This document shows positions 63,931-64,000 of a stretch of DNA of 64,000 nucleotides, piece after piece. Each line of letters opens with the position of its first letter. The stretch's first letter is position 1. The stretch is taken from assembly GCF_009914755.1 (NCBI RefSeq), contig NC_060926.1, one strand, 5' to 3'. The position numbers were made by a program, and so were the translations under genes. The notes under the pieces are model-generated. The model searched no databases. It saw nothing but the letters and a program-made list of their open reading frames with translations, and was not told the DNA's origin. Source of the DNA: the human T2T-CHM13v2.0 reference genome, Homo sapiens.

Positions 63931-64000
63931 GTAGGCCTTGAAAAAGAACGTAAGCTTAAAACCTTTGCCCCACTTTCTTCGATCTGCCTGAATAAGATTT

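Overview
Primate genomic DNA, most likely human 2p16.3. This is inferred from dense AluJ/S/Y content and recognition of the encoded protein. The first ~24 kb is repeat-rich intergenic sequence with one GC-rich patch carrying a CTCF motif (~3.9-5.0 kb). A CpG-island promoter at ~24.4-25.2 kb drives a + strand multi-exon gene, PPP1R21 (KLRAQ1/CCDC128, FERRY complex subunit Fy-2). I could splice 13 coding exons (24905-63930; 1318 nt = 439 codons + 1 nt) with GT-AG boundaries and consistent phases; the gene continues past the window end. Almost all other ORF-track entries are Alu, L1 or L2 read-throughs. I found no prokaryotic-type system (CRISPR, IS, tRNA/rRNA) and no clearly new gene. The best leads are: (i) a doubly palindromic promoter, with an inverted YY1 pair fused to a CTCF motif and a 14-bp palindrome centred on the start ATG that also opens a 158-aa antisense poly-Ala ORF; (ii) a 5'UTR (GCG)8 repeat with an overlapping poly-Arg frame; (iii) a 90-nt in-frame, stop-free intron 10 whose retention would insert a hydrophobic peptide; (iv) inverted Alus bracketing frame-symmetric exons (circRNA or skipping candidates); and (v) several perfect hairpins and local duplications. 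Repeat family names are from memory of consensus sequences, and repeat ends are approximate unless a TSD is cited.
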